64,000 nt of DNA. Source: Gelidibacter maritimus. Its GTDB lineage: Bacteria > Bacteroidota > Bacteroidia > Flavobacteriales > Flavobacteriaceae. Below, one piece after another: positions 42,695 through 53,353 of this stretch; the first letter of the stretch is position 1, and each line of letters begins with the position of its first letter. The translations under genes and the position numbers were made by a program. The stretch spans positions 133,163-197,162 of the forward strand of contig NZ_JACGLT010000003.1 of NCBI RefSeq assembly GCF_014062315.1. Direction: 5' to 3'. The notes beneath the pieces were generated by a model. It was not told the DNA's origin. It did no database searches and saw nothing but the letters and a program-made list of their open reading frames with translations.

Positions 42695-44542
42695 TTATTC
42701 TACAGTCACTGATTTTGCAAGGTTTCTGGGTTGATCAACATTTTTGCCTAACATAACTGCAATATGATAAGACAATAGCTGCAATGGGATAGTTGTTAGT
42801 AAAGGCGATAGGTTCTCTAAAGTCTCAGGAACTTCAATCACATGGTCGGCAAGCTCTCTCACACTAACATCACCTTCAGTTACAATACCGATAATCTTTC
42901 CTTTTCTGGCTTTGATTTCCTGAATATTGCTGACTACCTTTTCGTAGTGCCCTTTTTTGGTGGCAATGATAATGACAGGCATATTTTCATCAATTAGCGC
43001 AATAGGACCATGTTTCATTTCAGCGGCAGGGTAGCCTTCAGCGTGGATGTATGAAATTTCCTTTAATTTTAGAGCGCCTTCCAAAGCCACCGGAAAATTA
43101 TATCCCCTACCTAAATAAAGCATGTTGTGGGAGTCTTTATACAATTGTGACACGGCTTGGATGTGCTTATCTGCTTCTAATGCTTTAGTAACTTTTTCAG
43201 GAATGAGTTCCAATTCATGCAAATGTCTACGATAATCTGAACTTGACATCGTGCCTTTGGCTCTAGCCAATCGTAAGGCAATTAAAGTGAGAACCGTAAT
43301 CTGGGTGGTAAAGGCTTTTGTAGAAGCAACACCAATTTCAGGTCCTGCATGCGTATAGGCTCCGGCATCAGTTTCTCTAGCAATGGATGAGCCTACCACA
43401 TTACAAACGCCAAATACAAATGCACCTTTTGACTTTGCCAACTTGATAGCGGCTAAGGTATCTGCTGTTTCACCAGATTGAGAAATGGAAATCACAACAT
43501 CCTTTTCAGTAATGACAGGGTTTCTGTATCTAAATTCTGAAGCATACTCTACTTCAACAGGAATCCTTGCTAAATCTTCAAAGATATACTCTGCAACCAA
43601 TCCTGCATGCCATGAAGTACCGCAAGCTACAATTATAATACGGTCCGCATTTAAAAAACGCTTCATATTATCTTCAATGCCAGCCATTTTAATGATGCCT
43701 TCATCGGCTAATAATCGCCCTCTATAAGTATCTTTTATAGCTAAAGGTTGCTCGTATATTTCCTTTAGCATAAAATGGTCATAGCCACCTTTTTCTATTT
43801 GTTCTAAGTTTAGTTGTAACTTTTGAATATAAGGATTGACCAAGGAGTCATCTTCTATTTTTCTGATTTTAATATCTTTATCCAGCCTCACGATGGCCAT
43901 CTCATGATCTTCAAGATAGATGGCGTTGTCTGTAAATTCAATGAAAGGTGAAGCATCACTCGCAATAAAAAATTCATTTTCTCCAATGCCTATGGCTAAT
44001 GGACTACCTAATTTGGCAACGACAATCTCATTAGGTTTGGTTTTATCAAAGACGGCTATGGCGTAGGCTCCGATAACTTGATTTAAGGCAAGCTGAACTG
44101 CTTTGCCGAGTTTGATATTTTCGTTGGTCATTACATCCTCAATCAAGTTAACCAGTACTTCCGTATCTGTATCTGATTGAAAGGTGTAGCCGCGTTTTAC
44201 GAGTTCTTTTTTTAGCGAATCATAATTTTCAATGATTCCGTTGTGAATGATCACTAAATTACCAGAATTGGAATAATGAGGATGTGAATTCACGTCATTA
44301 GGAACACCATGGGTGGCCCAGCGGGTATGCCCAATGCCCAGTTTTCCACTGGTGGATATTTCCTTTTCCAAACGTTCCTTTAAATCGGCCACCTTACCTT
44401 TAGTTTTACATAAGTTAAGATCATGACCATCATATAAGGCAATGCCTGCACTGTCATAGCCTCTGTACTCTAAGCGTTGCAATCCTTTTAAAACAATAGG
44501 ATAAGCCTCTCTGTGGCCTATATATCCGACAATTCCGCACAT
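42695..44542 (-). CDS. glmS: glutamine--fructose-6-phosphate aminotransferase
   Basis: N-terminal MCGIVGY (Ntn Cys). Two SIS domains. C-terminal ...SVTVE. Confidence 0.95.
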   Translation of the reverse strand: MCGIVGYIGHREAYPIVLKGLQRLEYRGYDSAGIALYDGHDLNLCKTKGKVADLKERLEKEISTSGKLGIGHTRWATHGVPNDVNSHPHYSNSGNLVIIHNGIIENYDSLKKELVKRGYTFQSDTDTEVLVNLIEDVMTNENIKLGKAVQLALNQVIGAYAIAVFDKTKPNEIVVAKLGSPLAIGIGENEFFIASDASPFIEFTDNAIYLEDHEMAIVRLDKDIKIRKIEDDSLVNPYIQKLQLNLEQIEKGGYDHFMLKEIYEQPLAIKDTYRGRLLADEGIIKMAGIEDNMKRFLNADRIIIVACGTSWHAGLVAEYIFEDLARIPVEVEYASEFRYRNPVITEKDVVISISQSGETADTLAAIKLAKSKGAFVFGVCNVVGSSIARETDAGAYTHAGPEIGVASTKAFTTQITVLTLIALRLARAKGTMSSSDYRRHLHELELIPEKVTKALEADKHIQAVSQLYKDSHNMLYLGRGYNFPVALEGALKLKEISYIHAEGYPAAEMKHGPIALIDENMPVIIIATKKGHYEKVVSNIQEIKARKGKIIGIVTEGDVSVRELADHVIEVPETLENLSPLLTTIPLQLLSYHIAVMLGKNVDQPRNLAKSVTVE

Positions 44543-44567
44543 CTTGTATTAGGTTTTAGGTTGAATA

Positions 44568-46208
44568 CTAATTATTTGGTTCTGTATAAAAGATCTCCAA
44601 ATATAACTTTTTATTCTCATCTGAAGCCGCTGTATTATTACCGTATAGAACTGTGCCTTTGGGTGATAAAATAGAACTTACCGGCAGTTTTTTCACGGCA
44701 TTGCCATCAGAGTTCAGTATAGAGCCTTGCGCTACGGAGCCTTCCAGATTTACATTTGTAGACACTGCCAGTCCTAAAGTAACATTTGTGGAATCCTTCA
44801 TTAAAAGGTTCTTGATATGTTCGGTGATTTTGATTTTGTATTTAACGCCTTGTGAATTTTCATCGTCACCAGCATGTTGTAATTTCCCAAGGTGATTAAT
44901 TCTGGCGTTATCTGCGGAGTCAAAATCGTAATCCAATAAGGTTTTATTATTTTTGGTATCGTAAATATAGAGTCTTTCTGGTTCTTGACCTTGTGTAAGG
45001 TTTTGATCTACATAAAAAACCAAATTGGCTTCATTGATCAATCTTTTCGCTTTTACAAATTTTCCCGAAGCGTCCGTTTGTACATAGTCATTTTTGAATG
45101 CTTCAAAAGCAGTCATTGTGCCCTCATCCGTATCTACATCTGTGCCTCCAAACAAATTGATCACGGCCATGGCGCCCTGGCCTCCTTTAAGATAAAGTCG
45201 CTCGTCGCCTGTAGTAGGATTGCCTTCAGGAATTGCCATTGTAAAATCGTTATCTAAAAAGTTGATAATATTGCTCGATGCAGTAATTGTACTGGGATTG
45301 AAGCTTGGGAAACCCAATCGGTAAGTTCCCGTTATCCGATCAGCATCTGTTGCCCCTCCGGCAGGGGGAGAGCTGTAATGAAGCGTAATATTGGCATTGT
45401 TTGCACCAAAATTAAGCAACATCATCGTGCCATCATTGTTCACGGCTTCCGCTTCAAAGTAAATACCTCTAAAGTAATTTTGAAAGGTGTTGACGTTGTT
45501 TAGTACGGGATCACCTTCTTTAAGCATGATTTTATTTTTCCAAAAGGTGGTGTCCATTTTAACGCGTAAGGCCGGAGCCAAACGTGTAATTTCCTCCCCT
45601 TTTTTAAGAATGATTTCTTTGTTGCTGGGTTTAAAGCTATCAATGGCTTTTATAACCGTGCCCTGTAAAGATGCCAGGGGAATTTGACTTGAGGCCGATA
45701 ACGAACGGTCAGAATAATACTTCTGAGGTTGATCAAACCCTGAATTCGGATCAAAATTCCTTAGGAAATAGTTGTTTTCATAAAGCTTAAGATTGAGCAT
45801 TCCATCACCATAAACAGAGTCTAATTTATAAGACGTGACTTCATTTTCAATACCCGTTGATTTGCTGAAATAAGGAATGGTCAACACTACAGAATCCAAT
45901 CTTACATCCTCAGGAAATGTTGGCGCTAATGTAGTTGGCGACAATTGCGTTACCAAACTGGCGGTGGTATTTCCATAAGTAAGGTCTTTGTAAAAACCAA
46001 ATAAATTGGATGGTAAGTTGTTGGTCTGAATAGGCTTTAGCTTGTTGGTGTAGGCAATAACGTCATATTTAGCGTCAGCCACACCAAAATTATTAAGACC
46101 GGAAATGTCTGAATCTAGTGATACAAAATCTTTATCGCAGGCCATAAATGTTGTCATTAATATGGCAAGGATAAATAGGTTTTTCAAGGCGATTTTTTTG
46201 TTTCTCAT
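44568..46208 (-). CDS. DUF4270-family lipoprotein
   Basis: Lipobox FMAC. Its position between glmS and the short glycogen-synthase-like gene is the conserved Flavobacteriia arrangement. Confidence 0.6.
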   Translation of the reverse strand: MRNKKIALKNLFILAILMTTFMACDKDFVSLDSDISGLNNFGVADAKYDVIAYTNKLKPIQTNNLPSNLFGFYKDLTYGNTTASLVTQLSPTTLAPTFPEDVRLDSVVLTIPYFSKSTGIENEVTSYKLDSVYGDGMLNLKLYENNYFLRNFDPNSGFDQPQKYYSDRSLSASSQIPLASLQGTVIKAIDSFKPSNKEIILKKGEEITRLAPALRVKMDTTFWKNKIMLKEGDPVLNNVNTFQNYFRGIYFEAEAVNNDGTMMLLNFGANNANITLHYSSPPAGGATDADRITGTYRLGFPSFNPSTITASSNIINFLDNDFTMAIPEGNPTTGDERLYLKGGQGAMAVINLFGGTDVDTDEGTMTAFEAFKNDYVQTDASGKFVKAKRLINEANLVFYVDQNLTQGQEPERLYIYDTKNNKTLLDYDFDSADNARINHLGKLQHAGDDENSQGVKYKIKITEHIKNLLMKDSTNVTLGLAVSTNVNLEGSVAQGSILNSDGNAVKKLPVSSILSPKGTVLYGNNTAASDENKKLYLEIFYTEPNN

Positions 46209-46251
46209 TACAATGTGTAAGTGGATTTAGAAGCGAGTTGTAGGTTCCGAA

Positions 46252-47061
46252 TTATTTGAGCACTTTGGTATTATAGAACTCGGCGTAAGGCTCAGCAAAA
46301 TCTTCCTGAGAGAAATAGTCCAAAACCGGTTTTTCTGATGCTTTTAAATACTCCTCCAATTCTGGGTCCAGTTCATAAGAGCCCTTTATAAGCGCATCGG
46401 AGAAGTCAATAGCAATCTTCATCATATTAATAAAACTGGGCTTTTCTATGACTTTAATTGCCGATTCATCGATATTATCAAATTTTACTTTCTTGATCAT
46501 ATCTGTATTTAACGTCCCGTCGAAGCTTTGATTGTATATGGAGGTCACAATTTTGCTATCGGCAAACAACGGCTCATTTTTATAATACTCCTTCAGGTAG
46601 ACAGGCAATAGCGATGCCAACCAACCATTCACGTGAATGATGTCTGGTGCCCAATTGAGTTTTTTTACAGTTTCAATGACCCCTTTGGCAAAGAATATAG
46701 CGCGTTCGTCATTATCTGGATAAAGATTTCCATCTTCATCGGTCAGTGTTGCTTTTCTCTTAAAATACTCTTCGTTATCAATAAAGTAAACTTGAATTCT
46801 TTCCTTAGGAATGGACGCCACTTTTATAATCAAAGGCATATCCAAGTCGTTAATGACCAAATTAATCCCTGACAGTCTAATAACTTCATGCAATTGGTGT
46901 CTACGCTCATTTATGTTTCCATACCTAGGCATGAATATCCGTATTTGTCCACCTTGTTTATTCACCATTCTTGGAGCTTCAAATGACATTGAAGAAATTT
47001 CAGTTTCAGGCAAATAAGGTACAACCTCGGAAGACACGTACAATATCCTCTTATCTTTCAT
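46252..47061 (-). CDS. short glycogen/starch-synthase-like protein (GT5 N-terminal-domain only, 269 aa)
   Basis: ILYVSSEVVPY...K.GG matches the start of the GlgA N-domain. It lacks the C-terminal GT-B half. Confidence 0.7.
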   Translation of the reverse strand: MKDKRILYVSSEVVPYLPETEISSMSFEAPRMVNKQGGQIRIFMPRYGNINERRHQLHEVIRLSGINLVINDLDMPLIIKVASIPKERIQVYFIDNEEYFKRKATLTDEDGNLYPDNDERAIFFAKGVIETVKKLNWAPDIIHVNGWLASLLPVYLKEYYKNEPLFADSKIVTSIYNQSFDGTLNTDMIKKVKFDNIDESAIKVIEKPSFINMMKIAIDFSDALIKGSYELDPELEEYLKASEKPVLDYFSQEDFAEPYAEFYNTKVLK

Positions 47062-47171
47062 AAATCACGGAGTTTAAAAAAAATTAAAATTAAAACACGC
47101 AAAAGTACAAAATTTTATGCAGATTGATGGTAAAATCTTAAGTTTGCACGCTGTTAATTTTTTGTTATACA

Positions 47172-48020
47172 ATGATAATTTGCCATAAAAGAGAAGAGTT
47201 AAGACAGGTTGTTGATGGGCTGAGGCTTAAAAACCAATCCATTGGTTTTGTGCCTACAATGGGTGCTTTACATGATGGGCATTTGTCATTAATAAGAAAA
47301 GGATTGGAGGAAAACTCGCGAATGGTGGTCAGTATTTTTGTAAATCCCACACAATTTGACAACAGCTCAGATCTTGAGAAATACCCCAGGACCATTGAAA
47401 GTGATTTGGAACTTTTGCACACCTTATCTGAAGAATTGATCGTTTACGCGCCGTCGGCGGAAGACATCTATGGCGATACGGTTTCTTCAGAACATTTTGA
47501 TTTTAATGGCTTGGAAGACCAGATGGAGGGGCAATTCAGAAAGGGCCATTTTGATGGTGTTGGTACGGTTGTAAAACGATTGTTTGAAATTGTACGGCCA
47601 GATACGGCTTACTTTGGAAAAAAGGACTTTCAACAGCTTCGAATCATTCAAGAGTTGATAAAAACACATCAACTTGCTGTAGAAGTGAAAGGAGTTGATA
47701 TTTTTAGAGACCAAGATGGTTTAGCGCTGAGTTCAAGAAATGAACGTTTAAGTAGAGTTGAACGCGAAGCGGCGCCATTTATATATAAAACATTAAAAGC
47801 TGCCAAAATGCGTTTTGGCACGGAAAGTGCAAATAAAGTCACGAAATGGGTTGAAAAACAGTTTGCTCAGCATGATGTGTTGGAGTTGGAATATTTCACC
47901 ATTGCTGATGAGGCAAGTTTACAAACCGTTCAAAGAAAATCTAAAACTAAATCATACAGAGCGTTTATTGCTGTATTTGCCGGAGATGTCCGACTTATAG
48001 ATAATATAGCGCTTAATTAA
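47172..48020 (+). CDS. panC: pantoate--beta-alanine ligase
   Basis: [15 protein letters not shown] carries the HIGH-like motif of PanC. Confidence 0.9.
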   Translation: MIICHKREELRQVVDGLRLKNQSIGFVPTMGALHDGHLSLIRKGLEENSRMVVSIFVNPTQFDNSSDLEKYPRTIESDLELLHTLSEELIVYAPSAEDIYGDTVSSEHFDFNGLEDQMEGQFRKGHFDGVGTVVKRLFEIVRPDTAYFGKKDFQQLRIIQELIKTHQLAVEVKGVDIFRDQDGLALSSRNERLSRVEREAAPFIYKTLKAAKMRFGTESANKVTKWVEKQFAQHDVLELEYFTIADEASLQTVQRKSKTKSYRAFIAVFAGDVRLIDNIALN

Positions 48021-48033
48021 TTATCTTTGCCAG

Positions 48034-48384
48034 ATGCAAATACAAGTTGTAAAATCAAAAATACACCGTGTCAAATGTACCGGTGCTGAGCTAAATTATA
48101 TTGGGAGCATTACCATTGATGAAGATTTAATGGATGCCGCTAATATTATTCAAGGCGAAAAAGTACAGATTGTCAATAACGACAACGGAGAACGCTTAGA
48201 CACTTATGTGATTCCTGGTCCAAGAAATTCTGGTGAAATCACCCTAAATGGTGCTGCTGCTCGAAAAGTGGCTGTTGGCGATACGCTGATCTTGATTACT
48301 TATGCGTTTATGGAACTGGAAGCGGCCAAGACTTTTAAGCCGTCACTCGTGTTTCCTGACGAAGCGACCAACTTACTCAAATAA
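48034..48384 (+). CDS. panD: aspartate 1-decarboxylase
   Basis: [29 protein letters not shown] (the Gly-Ser pyruvoyl cleavage site region). Length 116 aa. Confidence 0.9.
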   Translation: MQIQVVKSKIHRVKCTGAELNYIGSITIDEDLMDAANIIQGEKVQIVNNDNGERLDTYVIPGPRNSGEITLNGAAARKVAVGDTLILITYAFMELEAAKTFKPSLVFPDEATNLLK

Positions 48385-48386
48385 GA

Positions 48387-49349
48387 TTGAACGCCAAGAC
48401 CAAAAAAATATTAAGGATCGGACTCCCGATTTTATTGGCCGCGTTTTTTGGTTGGTACACCTTTTCAAAATTACCCATTGATAAAATTATCCCGTATTTC
48501 AAATCGGCCAATTATGGTTGGATTGCTTTAGGGATGTGTCTTGGGTTACTCAGTAATTTATCACGTGCTTTCCGATGGAACTATCTATTGGCTCCTATGG
48601 GTTACCGAGTCAAGTTGCCCAATAGTGTCATGGCGGTTTTTATTACCTATTTGGCCAATTACGGCATTCCAAGATCAGGGGAAGTGCTAAGAGCTGCAGT
48701 TTTGACAAATTATGAGGAGGTCCCATTTCAAAAGGCATTTGGTACTATTATAGCTGAGCGAATGGCAGATATGATTATTCTATTGAGTATTGTTGCTATC
48801 ACACTTTTGATCCAATTTGATTTTATTTTTGAACTGTTACAGACCTCGTTTCAACCAAATAAATTGATTCTTTTAGGAACCGTTGGGATTGTCTTTTCAG
48901 TGCTTGTTTTTTTATACCTTAGAAAGAGCCAATCTAAAATTGCCTTAAAAGTGAGGCAATTTGTGCGTGGTCTTTTGGAAGGGGTCTTGAGTATTTTTAA
49001 GATGGAACAGAAATGGCTATTTATTATCCATACTCTATTTATTTGGACGATGTATGTGTTGATGTTTTATGTGACCACTTTAGCGGTAGACGATTTAAAA
49101 GGCGTGTCTATGGGGGCATTATTGATAGCCTTTATTGCTGGTAGTTTTACAATTGCTGCTACAAATGGTGGCATTTTTGTATATCCATTGGCTATTGGTG
49201 CTGCGTTTTCAATCTTTAACATTCCAGAAAACCCGAGCATTGCGTTTGGATGGATTATGTGGGCCTCCCAAACCCTTATGATTATTGTGCTTGGGAGTCT
49301 GTCTTTCTTGTTTTTACCTATCTATAATGCCAAGAAAAAATTACAATAA
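48387..49349 (+). CDS. flippase-like (UPF0104 / lysylphosphatidylglycerol-synthase TM-region) membrane protein
   Basis: 8 TM helices. The position immediately after panD is typical in Flavobacteriia. Confidence 0.6.
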   Translation: MNAKTKKILRIGLPILLAAFFGWYTFSKLPIDKIIPYFKSANYGWIALGMCLGLLSNLSRAFRWNYLLAPMGYRVKLPNSVMAVFITYLANYGIPRSGEVLRAAVLTNYEEVPFQKAFGTIIAERMADMIILLSIVAITLLIQFDFIFELLQTSFQPNKLILLGTVGIVFSVLVFLYLRKSQSKIALKVRQFVRGLLEGVLSIFKMEQKWLFIIHTLFIWTMYVLMFYVTTLAVDDLKGVSMGALLIAFIAGSFTIAATNGGIFVYPLAIGAAFSIFNIPENPSIAFGWIMWASQTLMIIVLGSLSFLFLPIYNAKKKLQ

Positions 49350-49442
49350 AAAGCGCGGCGCTTTGTTAAACATTTAAAAGGCGTGGTGGAACAATCCGAA
49401 TTATTTTTTACCTTGCCATAGCTAATATTAATCCCTAATGAT

Positions 49443-50582
49443 ATGCAAAAGATTACCTTTCTACTCGTGTTTCTCATCGGCACCTCAATGGGGGCGCAGG
49501 TTATTTATCAACCATTTGATTCCGAAAAACTTGGGGAAAGGAGAGAGCTAAAAATTCAATTACCTCGTAATTATAACCCCGAGGATAAATCGCAATACCC
49601 TTTAATTATTGTTTTGGATGGGGATTATTTGTTTGAGCCTTTTGCTGGAAATGCTGATTATCAAGCGTATTGGGGAGAAATGCCTAAAGCGGTAGTGGTA
49701 GGAATCAATCAGAAAAACAGTCGTGAAAAGGATCTGTTTTACGACAAAGAAATCTTTTTTCCTGCTCATGAAGGGGCTTCTTTTTTTGAATTTATTGGGA
49801 TGGAGCTCATTCCATATATAGAAAGCAAATACAATGTCTCAAATTTTAGAATTGTGGCAGGGCACGATCTTAGTGCAAATTTTATCAATTATTATTTATT
49901 TAAGGATTATCCCATTTTCAGGGCGTTTATTTTGCTAAGCCCAGATTTGGCACCTGAAATGACCATAAGAGTACAAGAGCGCCTTTCGACACTTAAAACC
50001 GACACCTTTTATTATGTAGCAACCGCTGAAAATGATATTGTCGATTTGAAAGAGCGGATTATTGGGCACAACTCACAATTGGAGGCCCTTAGCAACCCGA
50101 AAGTCCATTATAAGTATGATAATTTTGAGGGTGCCGACCACTATTCATTGGTGGGGATGGGTATTCCTAAAGCACTAAACGACATATTTTCTTTATATAA
50201 ACCTATAAACAGACAAGAATATACAGATCATGTTTTAACCTATCCTGAGGGGCCATTTAAGTATCTTGAAAAAAAGTATGCAGACATCAAGTTTTTTTAC
50301 GGATTTGAAAAGAAAGTGGTGGAGAACGATATAAGAGCAGTAGCATCTGCAGCGCTGCGAAATGATGATCGAGATGCTTTGCGGGATTTATCAAGATTGG
50401 CAAGAAGGGAATTTCCGGAATCCATGATCAGTGCCTATTATACAGGCATGTATTTTGAAAATGAAAACAATCTAAAAAGAGCTCTGCACAACTATCAATC
50501 TGGTCTGCTTTTAAACGCTTCCGATTTTATTGACAAGGATATGTTGTTGGATAAAATCTACTCTATTAAGGATAAAAATTAG
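49443..50582 (+). CDS. secreted alpha/beta-hydrolase 'putative esterase' family protein with C-terminal helical (TPR-like) extension, paralog 1
   Basis: Signal peptide. YPLIIVLDGDYLFEP and the overall enterochelin-esterase-like pattern. Confidence 0.6.
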   Translation: MQKITFLLVFLIGTSMGAQVIYQPFDSEKLGERRELKIQLPRNYNPEDKSQYPLIIVLDGDYLFEPFAGNADYQAYWGEMPKAVVVGINQKNSREKDLFYDKEIFFPAHEGASFFEFIGMELIPYIESKYNVSNFRIVAGHDLSANFINYYLFKDYPIFRAFILLSPDLAPEMTIRVQERLSTLKTDTFYYVATAENDIVDLKERIIGHNSQLEALSNPKVHYKYDNFEGADHYSLVGMGIPKALNDIFSLYKPINRQEYTDHVLTYPEGPFKYLEKKYADIKFFYGFEKKVVENDIRAVASAALRNDDRDALRDLSRLARREFPESMISAYYTGMYFENENNLKRALHNYQSGLLLNASDFIDKDMLLDKIYSIKDKN

Positions 50583-50667
50583 CACAATCGTGCATTTCAT
50601 CGAATAATTTATACAGATCAACTATATTTGTATATATTTACCATCCCAAACCTTAAACCTACTTACG

Positions 50668-51834
50668 ATGAAAAAAGCCCTACTTTTTCTCTTCATCATG
50701 TTGTGTGCTATATCTATAAATGCACAAACTGTTTATGAAAGCTTTCAATCGCGAAAACTAAATGCGACGAGAGACTTAAAAATCCGGCTTCCTAATAACT
50801 ACGATCCTGAATCCAATTTAAAATATCCTGTAATTATCGTTTTTGACGGCGATTATTTGTTCGAACCAGTGGTCGGACAGGTGGCATTTCAAACTTATTT
50901 TGATAAAATGCCTGAATCCATTGTTGTTGGATTGTTGCAAGGAAAAGAACGTTTCTATGATAGCTACCATGATGAGGTCACCGGACTGCCCATAGAGTTG
51001 GGAGCAAGGTTTTACGAATTTATCAGTACAGAGCTGATACCACATATTGATAGGAATTATAAAACCAGTAAGTTTAAAGTGGCTGTTGGTCATGATCTCA
51101 TGGCTAATTTCATGAATGCTTTTTTGTTAAAGGAGGATCCGATTTTTAAAGCCTATGTCAACTTGAGTCCTGATTTTAAGGGCGAAATGGATGATAATGT
51201 CAGCAGCAGGTTAAAATGGCTGAAGGATGATGTGTTTTATTATATGGTGACCAGTAGTGATGATGTAGCACCGCTTCGTAATGGGATTCTTGATGCCGAT
51301 CAAAAACTGAAACAGATAGACAATAAAGCCTTAAAGTATTATTTTGATGATTTTGAAGGGCTTTCCCACTATACTTTGGTTACGGGTGGATTGTCTCAAG
51401 CATTGGATAAAATATTTGAGCTTTATAAACCAATCAGTGACCGGGAATTTAAAGAGGATATTCTTACTTACGAAGGGACATTAGATACTTATATCAGTAA
51501 GCGTTACAAAAAAATTGAAGATTTATTCGGAATTTCCAAACCTATTTCTGAGGATGAATTTGAGAAAATTATAAAAGCTGCCGAACAACGGGATGATGTC
51601 GCATCGCTTGAGAAAATTGGAAAACTGGCCAACAAACAAGATCCAACAACGTCTTATGGCACCTATTATATGGCGCTTCATGCCGAACGGATTGGAAAAA
51701 CCAAACGCGCTAAAAAATTATATGAATCTGCATTAGACTTGGAGTCGACCCCACATATCAACAAAGATCTTATTCTTTTAAAAGTTGAAGGGCTTACGGT
51801 GGCTGGTGATGATAAAGAAAGTGATATTGATTAA
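50668..51834 (+). CDS. secreted alpha/beta-hydrolase 'putative esterase' family protein, paralog 2
   Basis: YPVIIVFDGDYLFEP. Collinear with paralog 1 over its full length. Confidence 0.6.
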   Translation: MKKALLFLFIMLCAISINAQTVYESFQSRKLNATRDLKIRLPNNYDPESNLKYPVIIVFDGDYLFEPVVGQVAFQTYFDKMPESIVVGLLQGKERFYDSYHDEVTGLPIELGARFYEFISTELIPHIDRNYKTSKFKVAVGHDLMANFMNAFLLKEDPIFKAYVNLSPDFKGEMDDNVSSRLKWLKDDVFYYMVTSSDDVAPLRNGILDADQKLKQIDNKALKYYFDDFEGLSHYTLVTGGLSQALDKIFELYKPISDREFKEDILTYEGTLDTYISKRYKKIEDLFGISKPISEDEFEKIIKAAEQRDDVASLEKIGKLANKQDPTTSYGTYYMALHAERIGKTKRAKKLYESALDLESTPHINKDLILLKVEGLTVAGDDKESDID

Positions 51835-51906
51835 TATACCTTTAATTACATTTTATAATTAGAACTAATATCACAAATAGTTTTAATTTAGCTCAAACTT
51901 TTAAGG

Positions 51907-53265
51907 ATGGCTAAAATTAAAACAACGTTTTTCTGTCAAAACTGTGGCAGTCAATATTCTAAATGGCAAGGACAGTGTACGGCCTGTAAAGAATGGAATA
52001 CCATTGTTGAGGAGGTCATTCAAAAGGAAGAGAAATCCAGTTGGAAAACGCCATCCTCGGCCGTAAAACGTGTATCGAAGCCTCTGCGCATCAATGAAAT
52101 TGACGTTTCGCAAGAGGCACGTATGAATACTGAAGATCAGGAATTCAATCGGGTGCTTGGCGGCGGCATTGTTCCAGGATCCTTGATCTTGTTGGGTGGA
52201 GAGCCAGGAATTGGTAAAAGTACACTTCTGCTTCAAATCTCTTTAAAGTTACCTTATAAAACTTTATATGTTTCTGGTGAAGAAAGCCAACAGCAGATCA
52301 AAATGCGCGCAGAACGCATTACTCCCAACAGTGCCAATTGCTATATTCTGACCGAAACCAAGACTCAAAACATCTTCAAGCAAATTGAGGCCGTGGAACC
52401 AGATATTGTGGTGATTGATTCCATTCAAACTTTGCATACTGAATATATTGAATCGTCTGCTGGGAGTATTTCACAAATTAAGGAATGCACCACAGAGCTC
52501 ATAAAATTTGCCAAGGAGACTGACACTCCGGTTGTTTTAATCGGCCATATTACCAAGGATGGCAATATTGCAGGTCCAAAAATATTAGAGCACATGGTGG
52601 ATACCGTCTTGCAGTTTGAAGGCGACCGAAACCACGTCTTTCGAATTTTAAGAGCCCATAAAAATCGTTTCGGATCGACCAATGAATTGGGCATTTATGA
52701 AATGCAAGGCTCTGGGTTACGAGAAGTTTCCAATCCGTCAGAAATCTTAATATCCAAGAAAGACGAAGAGCTCTCAGGCAACGCTGTGGCATCCACTTTA
52801 GAAGGCATGAGACCGTTGATGATCGAAGTCCAAGCCTTGGTCAGCACCGCTGTTTATGGTACGCCACAGCGCTCGGCAACAGGATTTAATGCCAAACGAT
52901 TAAATATGCTATTAGCAGTATTGGAGAAACGTGCAGGATTCCGATTGGGTGCTAAAGACGTTTTTCTGAACATAACAGGAGGCATATCGGTAGATGATCC
53001 TGCCATCGATCTCGCCGTGGTGGCTTCAGTATTATCATCCAATGAAGATGTGGCCATCCCTAAAGATTATTGTTTTGCCGCCGAAGTTGGGCTTTCTGGA
53101 GAAATCCGTCCGGTGCAACGCGTGGAACAACGCATCTTAGAGGCTGAAAAATTGGGTTTTTCGATGATTTTTGTCTCCAAATACAATAAAATCGCTCTTA
53201 AAAATACGGGAATCAAGATCCAATTGGTTTCTAAAATTGAGGATTTGGTGAGTTTTTTGGTTTAG
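51907..53265 (+). CDS. radA: DNA repair protein RadA
   Basis: N-terminal zinc finger CQNCG...CTAC. Walker A GEPGIGKST. KNRFG motif. Lon-protease-like C-domain. Confidence 0.95.
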   Translation: MAKIKTTFFCQNCGSQYSKWQGQCTACKEWNTIVEEVIQKEEKSSWKTPSSAVKRVSKPLRINEIDVSQEARMNTEDQEFNRVLGGGIVPGSLILLGGEPGIGKSTLLLQISLKLPYKTLYVSGEESQQQIKMRAERITPNSANCYILTETKTQNIFKQIEAVEPDIVVIDSIQTLHTEYIESSAGSISQIKECTTELIKFAKETDTPVVLIGHITKDGNIAGPKILEHMVDTVLQFEGDRNHVFRILRAHKNRFGSTNELGIYEMQGSGLREVSNPSEILISKKDEELSGNAVASTLEGMRPLMIEVQALVSTAVYGTPQRSATGFNAKRLNMLLAVLEKRAGFRLGAKDVFLNITGGISVDDPAIDLAVVASVLSSNEDVAIPKDYCFAAEVGLSGEIRPVQRVEQRILEAEKLGFSMIFVSKYNKIALKNTGIKIQLVSKIEDLVSFLV

Positions 53266-53353
53266 AAATTATAAGCCAGAATCCGATTCTGTGCCTACTT
53301 ATCCTTATTGAACACATCCAATTATATGCTAGCGCCTAAATTAAAACGTAATT

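Noticed and set aside
53266-53353. CAGAATC-CG-GATTCTG inverted repeat after radA as a terminator
   Set aside because: The loop is only 2 nt and no T-run follows. It is not convincing as a terminator.
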